Of a stretch of 64,000 nt of DNA, positions 38,331 through 48,284 are shown piece after piece (within the stretch, counting starts at the first letter, position 1; every line of letters starts with the position of its first letter). The position numbers were made by a program, and so were the translations under genes. The stretch is from an uncultured Planctomycetia bacterium (GTDB lineage: Bacteria > Omnitrophota > Gorgyraeia > Tantalellales > Tantalellaceae): the NCBI GenBank assembly GCA_964409365.1, contig CAYPCX010000012.1, positions 178 through 64,177 on the forward strand. Direction: 5' to 3'. Under the pieces are notes generated by a model, which was not told the origin of the DNA, made no database searches, and worked only from the letters and a program-made list of their open reading frames with translations.

Positions 38331-39986
38331 TTATCGCCTCAATAAATAAAAGAAAAGCACGCCCATCCCGAGCAGGCACCACGCCAGGTACGTAAGAAGA
38401 ACCCCGTTGTGGATAAAACGCAGCACCCTGTTGAACCCGAGCGTGAATTTCACGCCTACTTCGTACACGTCAAAGAATTTCTTCTCCGCCCACCTGTATA
38501 TGATCCTCAATATGCCAATATCCTTTATCGTCTCGTAGAATTCGACGCCGGAGACCCGCATATCCGGGTATTGCTTTACGGTCTCGCCGCCTATAAAGAT
38601 ATCCGTGGTCCTGGTCCTGACCGCCGTCCCCGCAAGATATATGAGAAAACCTATTATGATACCTATAACGATCAGGGCCGTGGCAAGACCCGAATCCCAT
38701 ATGCCCGTAAATCCGGGGATCCCGCCCATGGACGGGAATATCAGCATCTTGAGCGGTATGGCCACGGCGAACACGCCGAAAACCACGCAAAGGGCGGCCA
38801 GGATAACGGACGGTATCCACATGGTCGCGCCCGTCTCTTTTCTCTCGCCCACCAGGTCCTTCATTTCCGCGGAAGGCTGGCCGAGGAATATAGCGTGAAG
38901 AAGCTTCATGAAGCTGGCCAGGGTAAGAGCGCTGCCGAACATGGCGGCGACAAGCCACAATATCCACAGCTTACTGCCGCCGGCGGTATTTATTATGCCC
39001 TGGTATATCATCCATTTCGACGCGAACCCGTTAAAGGGCGGCACGCCGGATATGGCCAGCGAGGCTATAAGAAAGGCCCCGAACGTGACCGGCATCACTT
39101 TGGCTAACCCGCCCAGCTTGCTGAGATCGGTCGTGCCTGTCCTCTTTTCCACCGCCCCGCCCGAGAGGAACAGGCCCGACTTGTATATGGCATTATTCAG
39201 CATATGAAAAAGACCGCCCGCTATGCCTACCGGGTTACCCGTTCCGATGCCGAGTATCATGTACCCCACCTGGCTGACGGCATGGTAACCAAGAAGCCGT
39301 TTGAGATCATGCTGGACAAGCGCCATCATGACCGCGGCCACTATGGTGAAACTCCCGAGGGCCATCAGGAAAATATTCATTCCCTTCGTCATCACGAAAA
39401 TATCCAGCGTCAGACGCACGAGAAAATAAATGCCAAGCAGCTTATCAAGTGCTGCCGGCAGATACGCGGCTACCGGGATCGGCGCGTCTTCGGCGGTGTC
39501 GGGTACCCACGTGTGGAAGGGCATGGCCCCCGCCTTCGCGAAGGCGCCTGAAGCCAGGCACAGGTAAGCCACAATGGCCGTCTTCGAGGTCAGGGCCACG
39601 CTCAGATCGTTCATCTGGAGAGTCCCGGCAAGGTGCCAGAGAAAACCAAGACCCAGGATCATGAACGCGTCGGTCCCGCCTATTATGATGAACGTCTTCT
39701 TTGCCGTGTACGCGGTGCTCTTTTTCTCGCCGAACCCTATCAAGAGATAAAGAAGCAGCCCGAGAAAACCCCAGAATACGATGAAGAGCACCAGGTTATC
39801 GGAAAAGACCGCCCCTATGGAAGCAGCCATCGTCAGGAGGATATAGATGTAATAGCGCAAGAGGCCCTTCTTCCCCTTCATAAAACCGAAGGAGTAAAAG
39901 ATGATCAGCGCGGAGAATACCATCACGAATATCGCGACGAACATCGACAGGTGGTCTACCCTGAAAAGCTGCGTATCGAACATCAT
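38331..39986 (-). CDS. Second antiporter-like proton-translocating subunit (NuoL/MrpA/HyfB-like)
   Basis: KAGAMPFHTW, KRLLGYHAVSQ and GVPPFNGFASKW. Confidence 0.85.
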   Translation of the reverse strand: MMFDTQLFRVDHLSMFVAIFVMVFSALIIFYSFGFMKGKKGLLRYYIYILLTMAASIGAVFSDNLVLFIVFWGFLGLLLYLLIGFGEKKSTAYTAKKTFIIIGGTDAFMILGLGFLWHLAGTLQMNDLSVALTSKTAIVAYLCLASGAFAKAGAMPFHTWVPDTAEDAPIPVAAYLPAALDKLLGIYFLVRLTLDIFVMTKGMNIFLMALGSFTIVAAVMMALVQHDLKRLLGYHAVSQVGYMILGIGTGNPVGIAGGLFHMLNNAIYKSGLFLSGGAVEKRTGTTDLSKLGGLAKVMPVTFGAFLIASLAISGVPPFNGFASKWMIYQGIINTAGGSKLWILWLVAAMFGSALTLASFMKLLHAIFLGQPSAEMKDLVGERKETGATMWIPSVILAALCVVFGVFAVAIPLKMLIFPSMGGIPGFTGIWDSGLATALIVIGIIIGFLIYLAGTAVRTRTTDIFIGGETVKQYPDMRVSGVEFYETIKDIGILRIIYRWAEKKFFDVYEVGVKFTLGFNRVLRFIHNGVLLTYLAWCLLGMGVLFFYLLRR

Positions 39987-41158
39987 ATCTTCTTCCTGAT
40001 ATCCTCTGTCTTTTTCTGGGAGAGCTTTACGAGATCCTCTCCACCGTAAAGTTTTTTGCCCTTCGAGTCACGGACGGCCACCCTCTCGGTGCAACAATAG
40101 CACGGGTCTATGGCTGCCAGGATTATGGTCGCGTCCGATATCGTCTCACCGACCACGGTCGCTTTATAGGTCGGGAGGTTCATGAAGGTCGGGGCCCTTA
40201 CCTTATGCCTCGCGGGGCTGTTGGTGCCGTCGCTCTTCACATAATGGAACGTTTCACCTCTGGGCGCTTCGATATGCCCTATGCCTTCTCCCGGAGGCAC
40301 GTTCTTGAGATTAAGGTCTATATCCCCCGCCGGGAGGTTCTCAAGGCAATATTTCATTATCTTGTGCGATTCCAGCATCTCAAGCACCCTCACGATGACC
40401 TTGTCATAGACGTCACCGTTCTCGGCCACTATCATGTCCCATTCTACCCGGTCATAGACCCCATAAGGAGAATCCTTCCTGACGTCCCTGGCAACGCCTG
40501 AGGCACGCGACGTCGGCCCGAGTGCGCAATAATCGATAGCTTCTTCCTTAGTAAGTATACCCACGCCCTTGGTCCTGGCATGCAGCACAGGATCGTCCGT
40601 TACCGCCTTTCTGAGCATATCCAGCGTCGGGACTATGGAATCGATCTTCTTCACACACACCGGTATATCCTCTTCCTTGAAGTCCCTTCTTACTCCGCCC
40701 GGCTTGAACATCGCATAGTTGTTCCTGTTACCGGAAAGTATCTCCATGACATCCAGGATCTCTTCGCGGAGCTTCCATGCCCACATGTAGACGGTGTTAT
40801 ATCCAAGGAAATGTCCCGCCAGGCCCAGCCACAAAAGGTGCGAGTGGATCCTTTCCCCCTCGGCTATAACTGTTCTGATGAACTTCGCCCGATCCGGCAC
40901 TTCAACGGGGAATATATCCTCGACCGCCCTCGTGTACGCGAAAGGATGGCTCGTCGAACATATGCCGCAGATCCTTTCTATAACGAACGTTGACTGGTCA
41001 AAGCTTTTCATCTCGGAAAGCTTCTCTATACCCCTGTGGTTATATCCCACCTGCATGTCTATATCGACGACCTTCTCACCTTCCACCGTGAGGGTGAAAA
41101 ACTCCGGCTCTTCCTGGAGCGGATGGTACGGTCCTATTGGTACTATTGTCTTAGCCAT
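39983..41158 (-). CDS. Group 4 [NiFe]-hydrogenase large subunit (MbhL-like)
   Basis: GPYHP, HRGIEK, L1 RICGIC, EAPRGE and L2 DPCYCCTER followed by a cleavable C-terminal tail. Confidence 0.9.
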   Translation of the reverse strand: MAKTIVPIGPYHPLQEEPEFFTLTVEGEKVVDIDMQVGYNHRGIEKLSEMKSFDQSTFVIERICGICSTSHPFAYTRAVEDIFPVEVPDRAKFIRTVIAEGERIHSHLLWLGLAGHFLGYNTVYMWAWKLREEILDVMEILSGNRNNYAMFKPGGVRRDFKEEDIPVCVKKIDSIVPTLDMLRKAVTDDPVLHARTKGVGILTKEEAIDYCALGPTSRASGVARDVRKDSPYGVYDRVEWDMIVAENGDVYDKVIVRVLEMLESHKIMKYCLENLPAGDIDLNLKNVPPGEGIGHIEAPRGETFHYVKSDGTNSPARHKVRAPTFMNLPTYKATVVGETISDATIILAAIDPCYCCTERVAVRDSKGKKLYGGEDLVKLSQKKTEDIRKKI

Positions 41159-41160
41159 GT

Positions 41161-41188
41161 CAGTTCTTAGTTCTTAGTTATTAGTTCA
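41161..41188. repeat. Heptamer tract (TAGTTCT)x4
   Basis: cagttct tagttct tagttat tagttca, directly upstream of the large-subunit start. Confidence 0.75.
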
Positions 41189-41206
41189 GAGTCAAATATT
41201 TCAAAA

Positions 41207-41677
41207 TCATATTCCGCGATCTCTTATCGCTTTCTTGTCCCACTCTTCGTAATCACACCTCAAAGGATACACCCCTTCCGGCCATTCATCCGAAAGCAGC
41301 AGCCTCCTCTTATCCGGGTGACCTTTGAAATCGATACCTAAAAGCTCACTCATCTCCCTTTCTATCCAGTTCGCCCCTTCAAAAACGGGGGCGAGAGAAT
41401 CTATTTCAAGTTTATCGACAGGCAATTTCACCCTGAACGAGATGAGAAGGTTTATATCTTCTACCGTAAAATGGTAAAGTATCTCGAAATGATGCCTGCA
41501 ATCCACGCCGGAAGCGATGTTGAACCTCGCCTTGATCTGGCGAAGAGCATACGTCGCTATCTTGACCAGCGCTTCCTTCCTGATCTCGATGTACACTCTC
41601 GAGGGCGACTTGTCGAAGACATCGACTATGTCGTCCTTGAATCTTCCCGTAATATCTTTAAGTATCTCTTCTCTCAT
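41207..41677 (-). CDS. NuoC/MbhK-like subunit
   Basis: ANWIEREMSELLGIDFKGHPDKRRLLL...YPLR; start set at MREEIL. Confidence 0.88.
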   Translation of the reverse strand: MREEILKDITGRFKDDIVDVFDKSPSRVYIEIRKEALVKIATYALRQIKARFNIASGVDCRHHFEILYHFTVEDINLLISFRVKLPVDKLEIDSLAPVFEGANWIEREMSELLGIDFKGHPDKRRLLLSDEWPEGVYPLRCDYEEWDKKAIRDRGI

Positions 41678-42111
41678 TTTTTCTCGGCTGCCTGCGCCTT
41701 CACCTTCTCTATCAGCTTCACGACACCGGCTATTATCGCCTCGGGTTTCGGGGGACATCCCGGGATATACACATCGACCGGTATGATCTTGTCCAGCGGC
41801 TGTGGACAGTTGTAACTGTGCACGAACATGCCCCGGGACATCGAACATTCCCCGATAGCCACTACAAGACAGGGCTTAGGCGCCTGTTCATAAAGCCTCT
41901 TGAGCCTCTCGGCCGATTTCCTGTTGCAGGAACCCGTAATGAGAAGCACATCGGCATGTTTTATGCTCGGCGCCAGAAGCATCCCGAACCTTTCGATGTC
42001 GAACCTGGGCGTGAGACAGTCCAGCACCTCGATATCACAGTTGTTGCAACTGCCCGTGGACAGGTGGAACACCCACGGTGACCTCAAAAGCGCATTAAGT
42101 TTAAAGCTCAT
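41674..42111 (-). CDS. Hydrogenase small subunit (NuoB/MbhJ-like)
   Basis: GSCNNCDIE, AIGEC and DVYIPGCPPKPE. Confidence 0.92.
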   Translation of the reverse strand: MSFKLNALLRSPWVFHLSTGSCNNCDIEVLDCLTPRFDIERFGMLLAPSIKHADVLLITGSCNRKSAERLKRLYEQAPKPCLVVAIGECSMSRGMFVHSYNCPQPLDKIIPVDVYIPGCPPKPEAIIAGVVKLIEKVKAQAAEKK

Positions 42112-42123
42112 ATCCTCAATTCC

Positions 42124-43047
42124 CTATTTTCCAAAATAAGCCAAGACTACCGCCCCGACAGCCAGGACCGTCATCGGTCCCCAGAAGAATTTTACGGCCT
42201 GGTCTATCCTGAGACGCGGGTTAGTATTGCGTATTACCGTTATCAACGCCACAAGCAGCACATATTTAAGGATGCCGTACAAGAGATGTATACCGTCAAA
42301 CCGCAAGCCTCCCATGTAAAGTATCATCAGGAAAAAAGGCAGCGTGAAAAGGAGCATGTTCTTGGTCAGTCGGAACATGGCGAGGGCCGTTCCCGAATAT
42401 TCTATCAGCGCGCCGCCCGAGATCTCGGTCTCCGCCTCCGGTATATCGAACGGCACCAACGCGAGTTTCGCCTGGACGCTCATGAGCGCCACGACCAGGG
42501 CTATGAACCCCGACAGGCTCCCTACCACTACTCCATTCTGCGCCTGCGCGCCGAGTATCTCGCCTATCCTTATGGAATACCCCGACTTGATCACTGGCAC
42601 CATCACCGCGAACACGAAAGGCAGTTCGTACGCTAATATCAGTTTCATCTCGCGCGAGGCGCCGATACTCGCCAGGGGGTTGGCCGAAGCGAAACCGCCC
42701 ATTATTATGCTCATAGAAGGTATCGTCAAAAGATAGATGGCCACTATTATATCGCCCACAAACCCCTGGCCTAACCTGATATCGTTGATCCAGAGCAGGG
42801 TCGAGACCAGGACCACACTGCTAAAGCCCACTACCGGCGCCATTAAAAAGGTCGTCCTGGAAGCCCCCGCGGGCACAAGCGTTTCCTTTCCGAGAAGTTT
42901 TATTATATCGATCAACGGCTGAAGGAGCGGAGGTCCCACCCTGTACTGCACGCGGGCCGTGACCTTCCGGTCTATCCAGCTCGCCAGAAGTCCTATGACC
43001 GCGGTCAGGAAAAACCCGAAAAATATAAGGTAAAAAATATATATCAT
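42124..43047 (-). CDS. NuoH/MbhM-like membrane subunit
   Basis: RKVTARVQYRVGPP..QP..DIIKL, PFDIPEAETE and PRLRIDQ; start set at MIYIF. Confidence 0.9.
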   Translation of the reverse strand: MIYIFYLIFFGFFLTAVIGLLASWIDRKVTARVQYRVGPPLLQPLIDIIKLLGKETLVPAGASRTTFLMAPVVGFSSVVLVSTLLWINDIRLGQGFVGDIIVAIYLLTIPSMSIIMGGFASANPLASIGASREMKLILAYELPFVFAVMVPVIKSGYSIRIGEILGAQAQNGVVVGSLSGFIALVVALMSVQAKLALVPFDIPEAETEISGGALIEYSGTALAMFRLTKNMLLFTLPFFLMILYMGGLRFDGIHLLYGILKYVLLVALITVIRNTNPRLRIDQAVKFFWGPMTVLAVGAVVLAYFGK

Positions 43048-43053
43048 CTTCTC

Positions 43054-43110
43054 GTCCACGGTCCACGGTCCATAGCCCACGGTTGACAGTGGACTATGGT
43101 CTGTGGACTG
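43054..43110. repeat. Heptamer tract (GTCCACG)n followed by inverted units
   Basis: gtccacg gtccacg gtccata gcccacg gttgaca gtggact atggtct gtggact. Confidence 0.8.
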
Positions 43111-43135
43111 AACTCCGTACCCGTTAATTTCATTC

Positions 43136-43705
43136 TCATGCCTTTTCCCACTCCCAGTGCGTGGAATGGACTATAATATTATTTCCTACTAAAAAGGTAT
43201 TCTCGCCTAGTTCTTCGTCAGCCCCCACCAGCTTAAGCGCGCCGTAAGGGCATGTCTTTATGCACAGAGGTTCGTCCTTCTCGGTCCTTCTGTCCAGGCA
43301 AAAATCGCAGTTATGCACAAGATATGGTACGGTCTCCGGATATATGGTGCCGTAAGGACACGCGTGCGAACATGACCTGCAGCTCACGCAGCGCATGTTA
43401 TGCCTTATGAGCATCTTGTCCTTTTTTTCGTCCTCCTGCTGCTCGAGGGCCTCGAACGGACAGGAAGCGACACAATGGGGTTCTTCGCACCTGCGGCAGA
43501 CAAGCGCATATGTCGCCAGTTCGACGACCGACATAATGCCGTTGTTGTTCGTCTGGCGGTGATAGAGATAGCTGCATTTAACAACGCAGTCCTCACACTC
43601 ACCGGAGGCGCAGGCATCGAGGTCGATAAAAAGGCGCTTATCTTTGCCCTTTTCCGGCTCTGTATTAAATCTTCCCTGATGTATCTGTTCGGCGCTCGAG
43701 TCCAT
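43136..43705 (-). CDS. 4Fe-4S dicluster electron-transfer protein (CooF/HycB-like)
   Basis: CRRCEEPHCVASCP, CVSCRSCSHACPYG and CDFC...CIKTCPYGAL. Confidence 0.85.
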   Translation of the reverse strand: MDSSAEQIHQGRFNTEPEKGKDKRLFIDLDACASGECEDCVVKCSYLYHRQTNNNGIMSVVELATYALVCRRCEEPHCVASCPFEALEQQEDEKKDKMLIRHNMRCVSCRSCSHACPYGTIYPETVPYLVHNCDFCLDRRTEKDEPLCIKTCPYGALKLVGADEELGENTFLVGNNIIVHSTHWEWEKA

Positions 43706-43706
43706 G

Positions 43707-44537
43707 TTAATCCCAGATCCCGTGGAAACCCTTTATCTTTGAATACTGAAAGACCGGGCCGTCTTTGCACGCGTAATAAGTGCCCAGCCGGCAGTGCCCG
43801 CATTTGCCTATACCGCAGGACATGTTCTTTTCCATAGAAAGATATATATTATCTTCCTGAAAACCCATATCGAGAAGTTTAAGTGTGGCGAACTTCATCA
43901 TGATCGGGGGGCCGCAAACCACGGCAATGGCTTCTTTACAGTCTACTCTTATATCGTCAAATATCGTCGTCACGACACCGACATTGCCCTTCCATTTATC
44001 GTCACCGTGATCGACCGTAAGACGCAAGTCAAGGTCGTCCCGCTTTGCCCATTCATCGGTCTCGCTCCTGTAGACCATTTCTTTGGGCGTCTTACACCCG
44101 CCCCTGAAATAGAGTTTCTTGAACTTCCCGCTCCTGTTGAAGAACTCGTACATAAGGCTGCGAAGGGGGGCGAAACCGCATCCGCCGCCTATTACCACCA
44201 CTTCCCTGCCCTCGAACTCATCTATTGGGTATGCCGTGCCCAACGGGCCTCTTACACCTATAACATCACCCTTTTTAAGGTCGTGCACTTTATCCGTGAC
44301 CTTGCCCACCTTCATGATGGTCACTTCCATTATGTCCTTCTGGGCGGGATTCGACGACGGCGTAAAGGGCGCCTCACCCACCCCGGGCACCGTTATCTCC
44401 ACGAACTGCCCGGAAAGGAATTCGATAGGCTCCTCGGGTTTGAAGCGGATCGTCTTTATGGTAGGGGTCTCCGGGATGACCTCTATGACTTCCGCTTTGA
44501 CCGGCCTGTATGGATTGGTTATCTTTTTCTCAGCCAC
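43707..44537 (-). CDS. FAD/NAD(P)-binding subunit (AsrB/sulfhydrogenase gamma/PyrK-like)
   Basis: GQFVE..PGVGEAP, RGPLG, GGGCGFAPLR, VCGPPIMM and CGIGKCGHC...CKDGP. Confidence 0.9.
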   Translation of the reverse strand: MAEKKITNPYRPVKAEVIEVIPETPTIKTIRFKPEEPIEFLSGQFVEITVPGVGEAPFTPSSNPAQKDIMEVTIMKVGKVTDKVHDLKKGDVIGVRGPLGTAYPIDEFEGREVVVIGGGCGFAPLRSLMYEFFNRSGKFKKLYFRGGCKTPKEMVYRSETDEWAKRDDLDLRLTVDHGDDKWKGNVGVVTTIFDDIRVDCKEAIAVVCGPPIMMKFATLKLLDMGFQEDNIYLSMEKNMSCGIGKCGHCRLGTYYACKDGPVFQYSKIKGFHGIWD

Positions 44538-45564
44538 TTTCCACCAGCTTTTTCAGGACTTCCCTTATGTCTATCTTGGCGGGACACGCCGAGACGCACC
44601 TGCCGCACCCCGTGCACGCGTACACATCCGCTACTTTCGGGAAAAAGTCGAACTTTTTCTCGAACCTGTTCCTGAGGCGCATCCAGAGGTGCGGCCGCGG
44701 GTTCGCCCCGCCGGCCACCCTGGCGTAATCCTTGATCATGCAGGAATCCCACACGCGAAGGCGCGCCATTTTCTCTTCGCTCTTCTGGTCATAAAGGAGG
44801 AAGCAATGACAGGTCGGGCAGATTATCGTGCACGCCCCGCACTCCACGCACGTCTTCGCTTCTTCCTCCCATATCTCGGACTCGAAATTCCTCTCTATTA
44901 TGCCTTTATATTTTTTCTGGTCGGGTATGCCGTTCTCCTTGATATTGCGCTTGACCTCATCAACGACCTTCTTCCTGGCTTTTTCCTGTCGCGAAACCAG
45001 GCGTTCGTTGGCTTCCTGGAACAGCGAAGTGTTGCTCTCCAGTATCTCCTCACCCTTGTCGGAACCGGCTTCCACCAGGAAACCGTGGTCCACCTCGGTA
45101 AGGTTGATGTCGAAGTCCTTTTCCGGATAGGGCTTTATCCCCACGGCCATGCAGAAACATGTCTCTATCGCACAGGTGCAGTCGGAAGATATGATAAGGT
45201 TCTCGTCGCGGTTCTTGATGTAGATGGGGTCTTTATAGTCGTGGTCAAGGAACACATGGTCCTGGATCTTGAACCCCTTCAGGTCGCATGCTTTCACGCC
45301 GACTATGGCGAAGGGCTTGTCCTCGGAATGCGGTATCTTGGGGCTGAAGTCCTCCGCCACTACTTCGCGGGCCCTCGTGAAGAAAGCTTTAAGCGGTTCG
45401 AACGGCCTTACCTCTCCTATTGTAACGTCATCCGTGAATTTTTCGTATCTGGCGTAAAAACGCTGTTCACCCTTTTTCACGGGCACGAAAACGTTATAGC
45501 CCTTCCTGAGCGAATTCAGGAATTTCACGAAATTTTCATGGGTGATGTATCTCATCTTCTTCAT
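44530..45564 (-). CDS. Fe-S subunit (AsrA/sulfhydrogenase beta-like)
   Basis: GVKACD, TCFC, CVECGACTIICPTCHCF, RVWDSC and CTGCGRCVSACP. Confidence 0.9.
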   Translation of the reverse strand: MKKMRYITHENFVKFLNSLRKGYNVFVPVKKGEQRFYARYEKFTDDVTIGEVRPFEPLKAFFTRAREVVAEDFSPKIPHSEDKPFAIVGVKACDLKGFKIQDHVFLDHDYKDPIYIKNRDENLIISSDCTCAIETCFCMAVGIKPYPEKDFDINLTEVDHGFLVEAGSDKGEEILESNTSLFQEANERLVSRQEKARKKVVDEVKRNIKENGIPDQKKYKGIIERNFESEIWEEEAKTCVECGACTIICPTCHCFLLYDQKSEEKMARLRVWDSCMIKDYARVAGGANPRPHLWMRLRNRFEKKFDFFPKVADVYACTGCGRCVSACPAKIDIREVLKKLVESG

Positions 45565-46190
45565 TTTTTCGCGACCATGAAATAGGTCAGGGTCTCCAGC
45601 TCGCGCGAAAGATCGACGTTCTTTACTTTCACGTCCTCCGGGACGTTCAGGCTTACCGGCGCGAAATTAAGTACGCATTTGACACCGGCTTCCACCAGCT
45701 TGTCAGCCACTTCCTGCGCGTTCCCGGCCGGAACAGCCACTATCCCGATGCTTATCTTTTTTTCCGCTATCGTCTTTTTAAGCTCGGTGATCGGCCGGAC
45801 CTCTATATCCCCGAGTTTCGTACCGATCTTGTCGACGTGGGCGTCGAACGCGGCGACCACTTCAAGCCCGTGCCTTTTAAAACCCGGGTAGTTCAAAAGC
45901 GCTGAACCCAGATGCCCGGCTCCCACTACGGCAACGCTCCAGGTCTTATCCTTACCGAGTATTTTTTCCAGGGCTTTTTTCAGTTCGGCGGTGTCATAAC
46001 CCGAACCGCTGACCCCGAACTGGCCGAAATACCCGAGGTCTTTTCTTACCTGCGCGTCGCTGAGGTTCGTCCTCTCACCCAGCTCGGCAGACGATATCGT
46101 CCTTATGTTCATCCCGGCGAGTTCCGTGACTTCTCTCAGATAGACGAAAAGCCGTGATATCGTACCTTCTGGCACCTTTTTACCGTTCAT
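45561..46190 (-). CDS. rex: Redox-sensing repressor Rex
   Basis: TISRLFVY, QVRKDLGYFGQFG, VGAGHLGSAL and LNFAP. Confidence 0.95.
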   Translation of the reverse strand: MNGKKVPEGTISRLFVYLREVTELAGMNIRTISSAELGERTNLSDAQVRKDLGYFGQFGVSGSGYDTAELKKALEKILGKDKTWSVAVVGAGHLGSALLNYPGFKRHGLEVVAAFDAHVDKIGTKLGDIEVRPITELKKTIAEKKISIGIVAVPAGNAQEVADKLVEAGVKCVLNFAPVSLNVPEDVKVKNVDLSRELETLTYFMVAKK

Positions 46191-46215
46191 GGGACCTCAA
46201 ACCGCATTCGGGACT

Positions 46216-46282
46216 TTGTGACAATATTCACAGACTTTGTTATTAAGTTCACAAATATAATATGTTTCCTTTATAAAGTCAA
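46216..46282 (-). promoter_or_regulatory. Two Rex boxes and a sigma70 promoter
   Basis: TTGTGACAATATTCACAG (46216-46233) and TTGTTATTAAGTTCACAA (46237-46254) versus consensus TTGTGAA-N4-TTCACAA; TTGACT-17-TATATT. Confidence 0.85.
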
Positions 46283-46313
46283 GGGGTTTTTTAAAGAAAG
46301 GGTAGGGAAAAAG

Positions 46314-48158
46314 TTATTTATTGCGTTCCCGTTTTCCGAGAAGGACGATGTCCCTCAGGGCCTCTTTATCCTTGGCCTGCATCCACCTTTTTTCGAAAAG
46401 CGGATCCTGGACGATCTGGGCTATGGCCGAAAGGGCCCGGAGGTGGAAATTCCTCTCGTCCCTCGTGCCTGCTATAACGAAAACGGTATGGACCTTTCGC
46501 TCTTTCCCGGGGAATATGATGCCTTCTTTGCTGCGCGCCAAAAGTATGGTGAAAATATTATTCCCGTCGACCACTATATGCGGAATGGCCAAGCCGGGGC
46601 TTAAGACCGTACTGCTCTGCTCCTCCCTGTCCAGAAGAAGCGTCAACATGACCGCGGATTCCACACCCGTTCTCTCGGAAAGCTTCTCCGCCGCCAGCTT
46701 AAAAAAATCACCGGCTGTCATGAAACCAGTTATATCAAGAACGATGCCCTCCTCTACGATGCGATCGAACCTGTCCTTTATTATGTCATCCCTCTCCCGG
46801 ATGATCTCCTTGAGCTCCGCTTCGAGAGAAACGTCGGCGAATTCCCGTGCCGCGACGCGTTCAATGAGATGCAAAAGCGCGAAATCCCTCTTTGCCCTCT
46901 CCCTGCCATAGAACCAGAAAACCGCCAGACCCGCGGCAAAAAGCAGGGATCCCGCAAAAAGAGCCTGTTTGCCCATATTCACTACCAGCAGCCAGCAGCC
47001 AAAAATACCGATGACCTGCACCCAGGGATAGAAAGGTGACCTGAACTGCGGCCTGTAATTAAGGACGCCGCTCTGCCTCATGATGATCACGCAAAGACAG
47101 GAGAACATAAAGGTCATTATCAGGACCGTCGACGCCACTTCAACAAGGACATAAAGGTCAAGGAAAAGCGCCAGGATCATTATGCCGCCGGTGAACAGTA
47201 TCGCTACGGCGGGCGTCTTGAACTTTTTATGTACATTGCCGAAAAGATCCGGCAGCAGGCGGTCACGGCTCAAAGCAAAGGGATATCTCGAGGCGGCCAT
47301 GATGCCGGCGTTAGCCGTTGAAATAAAAGCTAAAATAGCCGCGATACTCATAGCTATCACGCCCCAGTTCCCCATGAAAACGGCCGCGCCGTCGGAAATG
47401 GGAGTAAGGGAACTATCCAGTTGTCTTGCCCCCAGAACACCCGTAGTGACAAAAACCGTCAATGTGTATAAGATCGTAACAGCGACAAGTGACAGTATCA
47501 TGCCCAGCGGCACTGTCTTGGACGGGTCCTTCACTTCCTCGGCTATACTGGCCACTTTTATAAGACCGCCGTAAGATATGAACACAAATCCGGCGGTAAA
47601 GAATACAGCCGGCGCCCCGCGGGGCGCGAAAGGCTCAAAGTGCACCGCGCTCATAGCGGGCAGGCCGCGTGCTATATAGACCACAAGGAGGGCGACGAGC
47701 GTTACGACTATAGCTACCTGGACCTTGCCCGCCTCCTTGATGCCGATATAATTGAGAGCGACAAAAATAATGCAAAAAGCGAGAGCTATAAGCCGCGGGT
47801 CAACATTGACGAGGATCCTTGTGAACGCGGCCATACCCACCAGCGCGAAAGAGCTCTTAAGGGATATGGACATCCACGTGAGAAGCCCGTCTATCGTGCC
47901 GACAGCGGGTCCCATGCTCCTGGTCACGTAGAAATAAGTGCCTCCTGCCCTGGGCATGGCGGAAACGAGCTCCGCCTGGCTAAGCATGCCGGTCATGGCC
48001 AGAAAACCAGCCAGAAGATACGAGATCACCACGGCCGGTCCCGCCTGCGCGTGGGCAAGTCCCGGGAGGATAAAAAGCCCCGAACTGATCATCGCTCCCG
48101 AAGCGATGCAGAAAACGTCCAGAAGCCCCAGTTCTTTTTTTAACTTTGCGTCTTCCAT
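46314..48158 (-). CDS. APC-family amino acid permease fused to a PTS EIIA domain
   Basis: GAMISSGLFILPG, AEEVKDP, about 12 TM segments; C-terminal REEQSST...GLAIPH. Confidence 0.88.
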   Translation of the reverse strand: MEDAKLKKELGLLDVFCIASGAMISSGLFILPGLAHAQAGPAVVISYLLAGFLAMTGMLSQAELVSAMPRAGGTYFYVTRSMGPAVGTIDGLLTWMSISLKSSFALVGMAAFTRILVNVDPRLIALAFCIIFVALNYIGIKEAGKVQVAIVVTLVALLVVYIARGLPAMSAVHFEPFAPRGAPAVFFTAGFVFISYGGLIKVASIAEEVKDPSKTVPLGMILSLVAVTILYTLTVFVTTGVLGARQLDSSLTPISDGAAVFMGNWGVIAMSIAAILAFISTANAGIMAASRYPFALSRDRLLPDLFGNVHKKFKTPAVAILFTGGIMILALFLDLYVLVEVASTVLIMTFMFSCLCVIIMRQSGVLNYRPQFRSPFYPWVQVIGIFGCWLLVVNMGKQALFAGSLLFAAGLAVFWFYGRERAKRDFALLHLIERVAAREFADVSLEAELKEIIRERDDIIKDRFDRIVEEGIVLDITGFMTAGDFFKLAAEKLSERTGVESAVMLTLLLDREEQSSTVLSPGLAIPHIVVDGNNIFTILLARSKEGIIFPGKERKVHTVFVIAGTRDERNFHLRALSAIAQIVQDPLFEKRWMQAKDKEALRDIVLLGKRERNK

Positions 48159-48284
48159 GAAAGGATCGCTTGCAGCTACAGAAGTCCCTTATTACTAAAT
48201 ATAATAGATAAAATTGCTTTTGCAAATTTGGGGCTAATTAATTCAGATCAGAAAGGGGAAAAAAGAAGGGTTTGACCCGCTTTA

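Noticed and set aside
39983-41158. Alternative call as complex I NuoD, or as Mbx/MBS or Ehr (non-hydrogenase)
   Set aside because: All four Ni-Fe cysteines, a C-terminal tail, HycI and the hyp genes are present.
44119-45585. Long plus-strand ORFs (e.g. 488 aa here, 396 aa at 51185, 361 aa at 57135, 359 aa at 33327)
   Set aside because: Antisense shadows of well-supported minus-strand genes, with no recognisable motifs or RBS.
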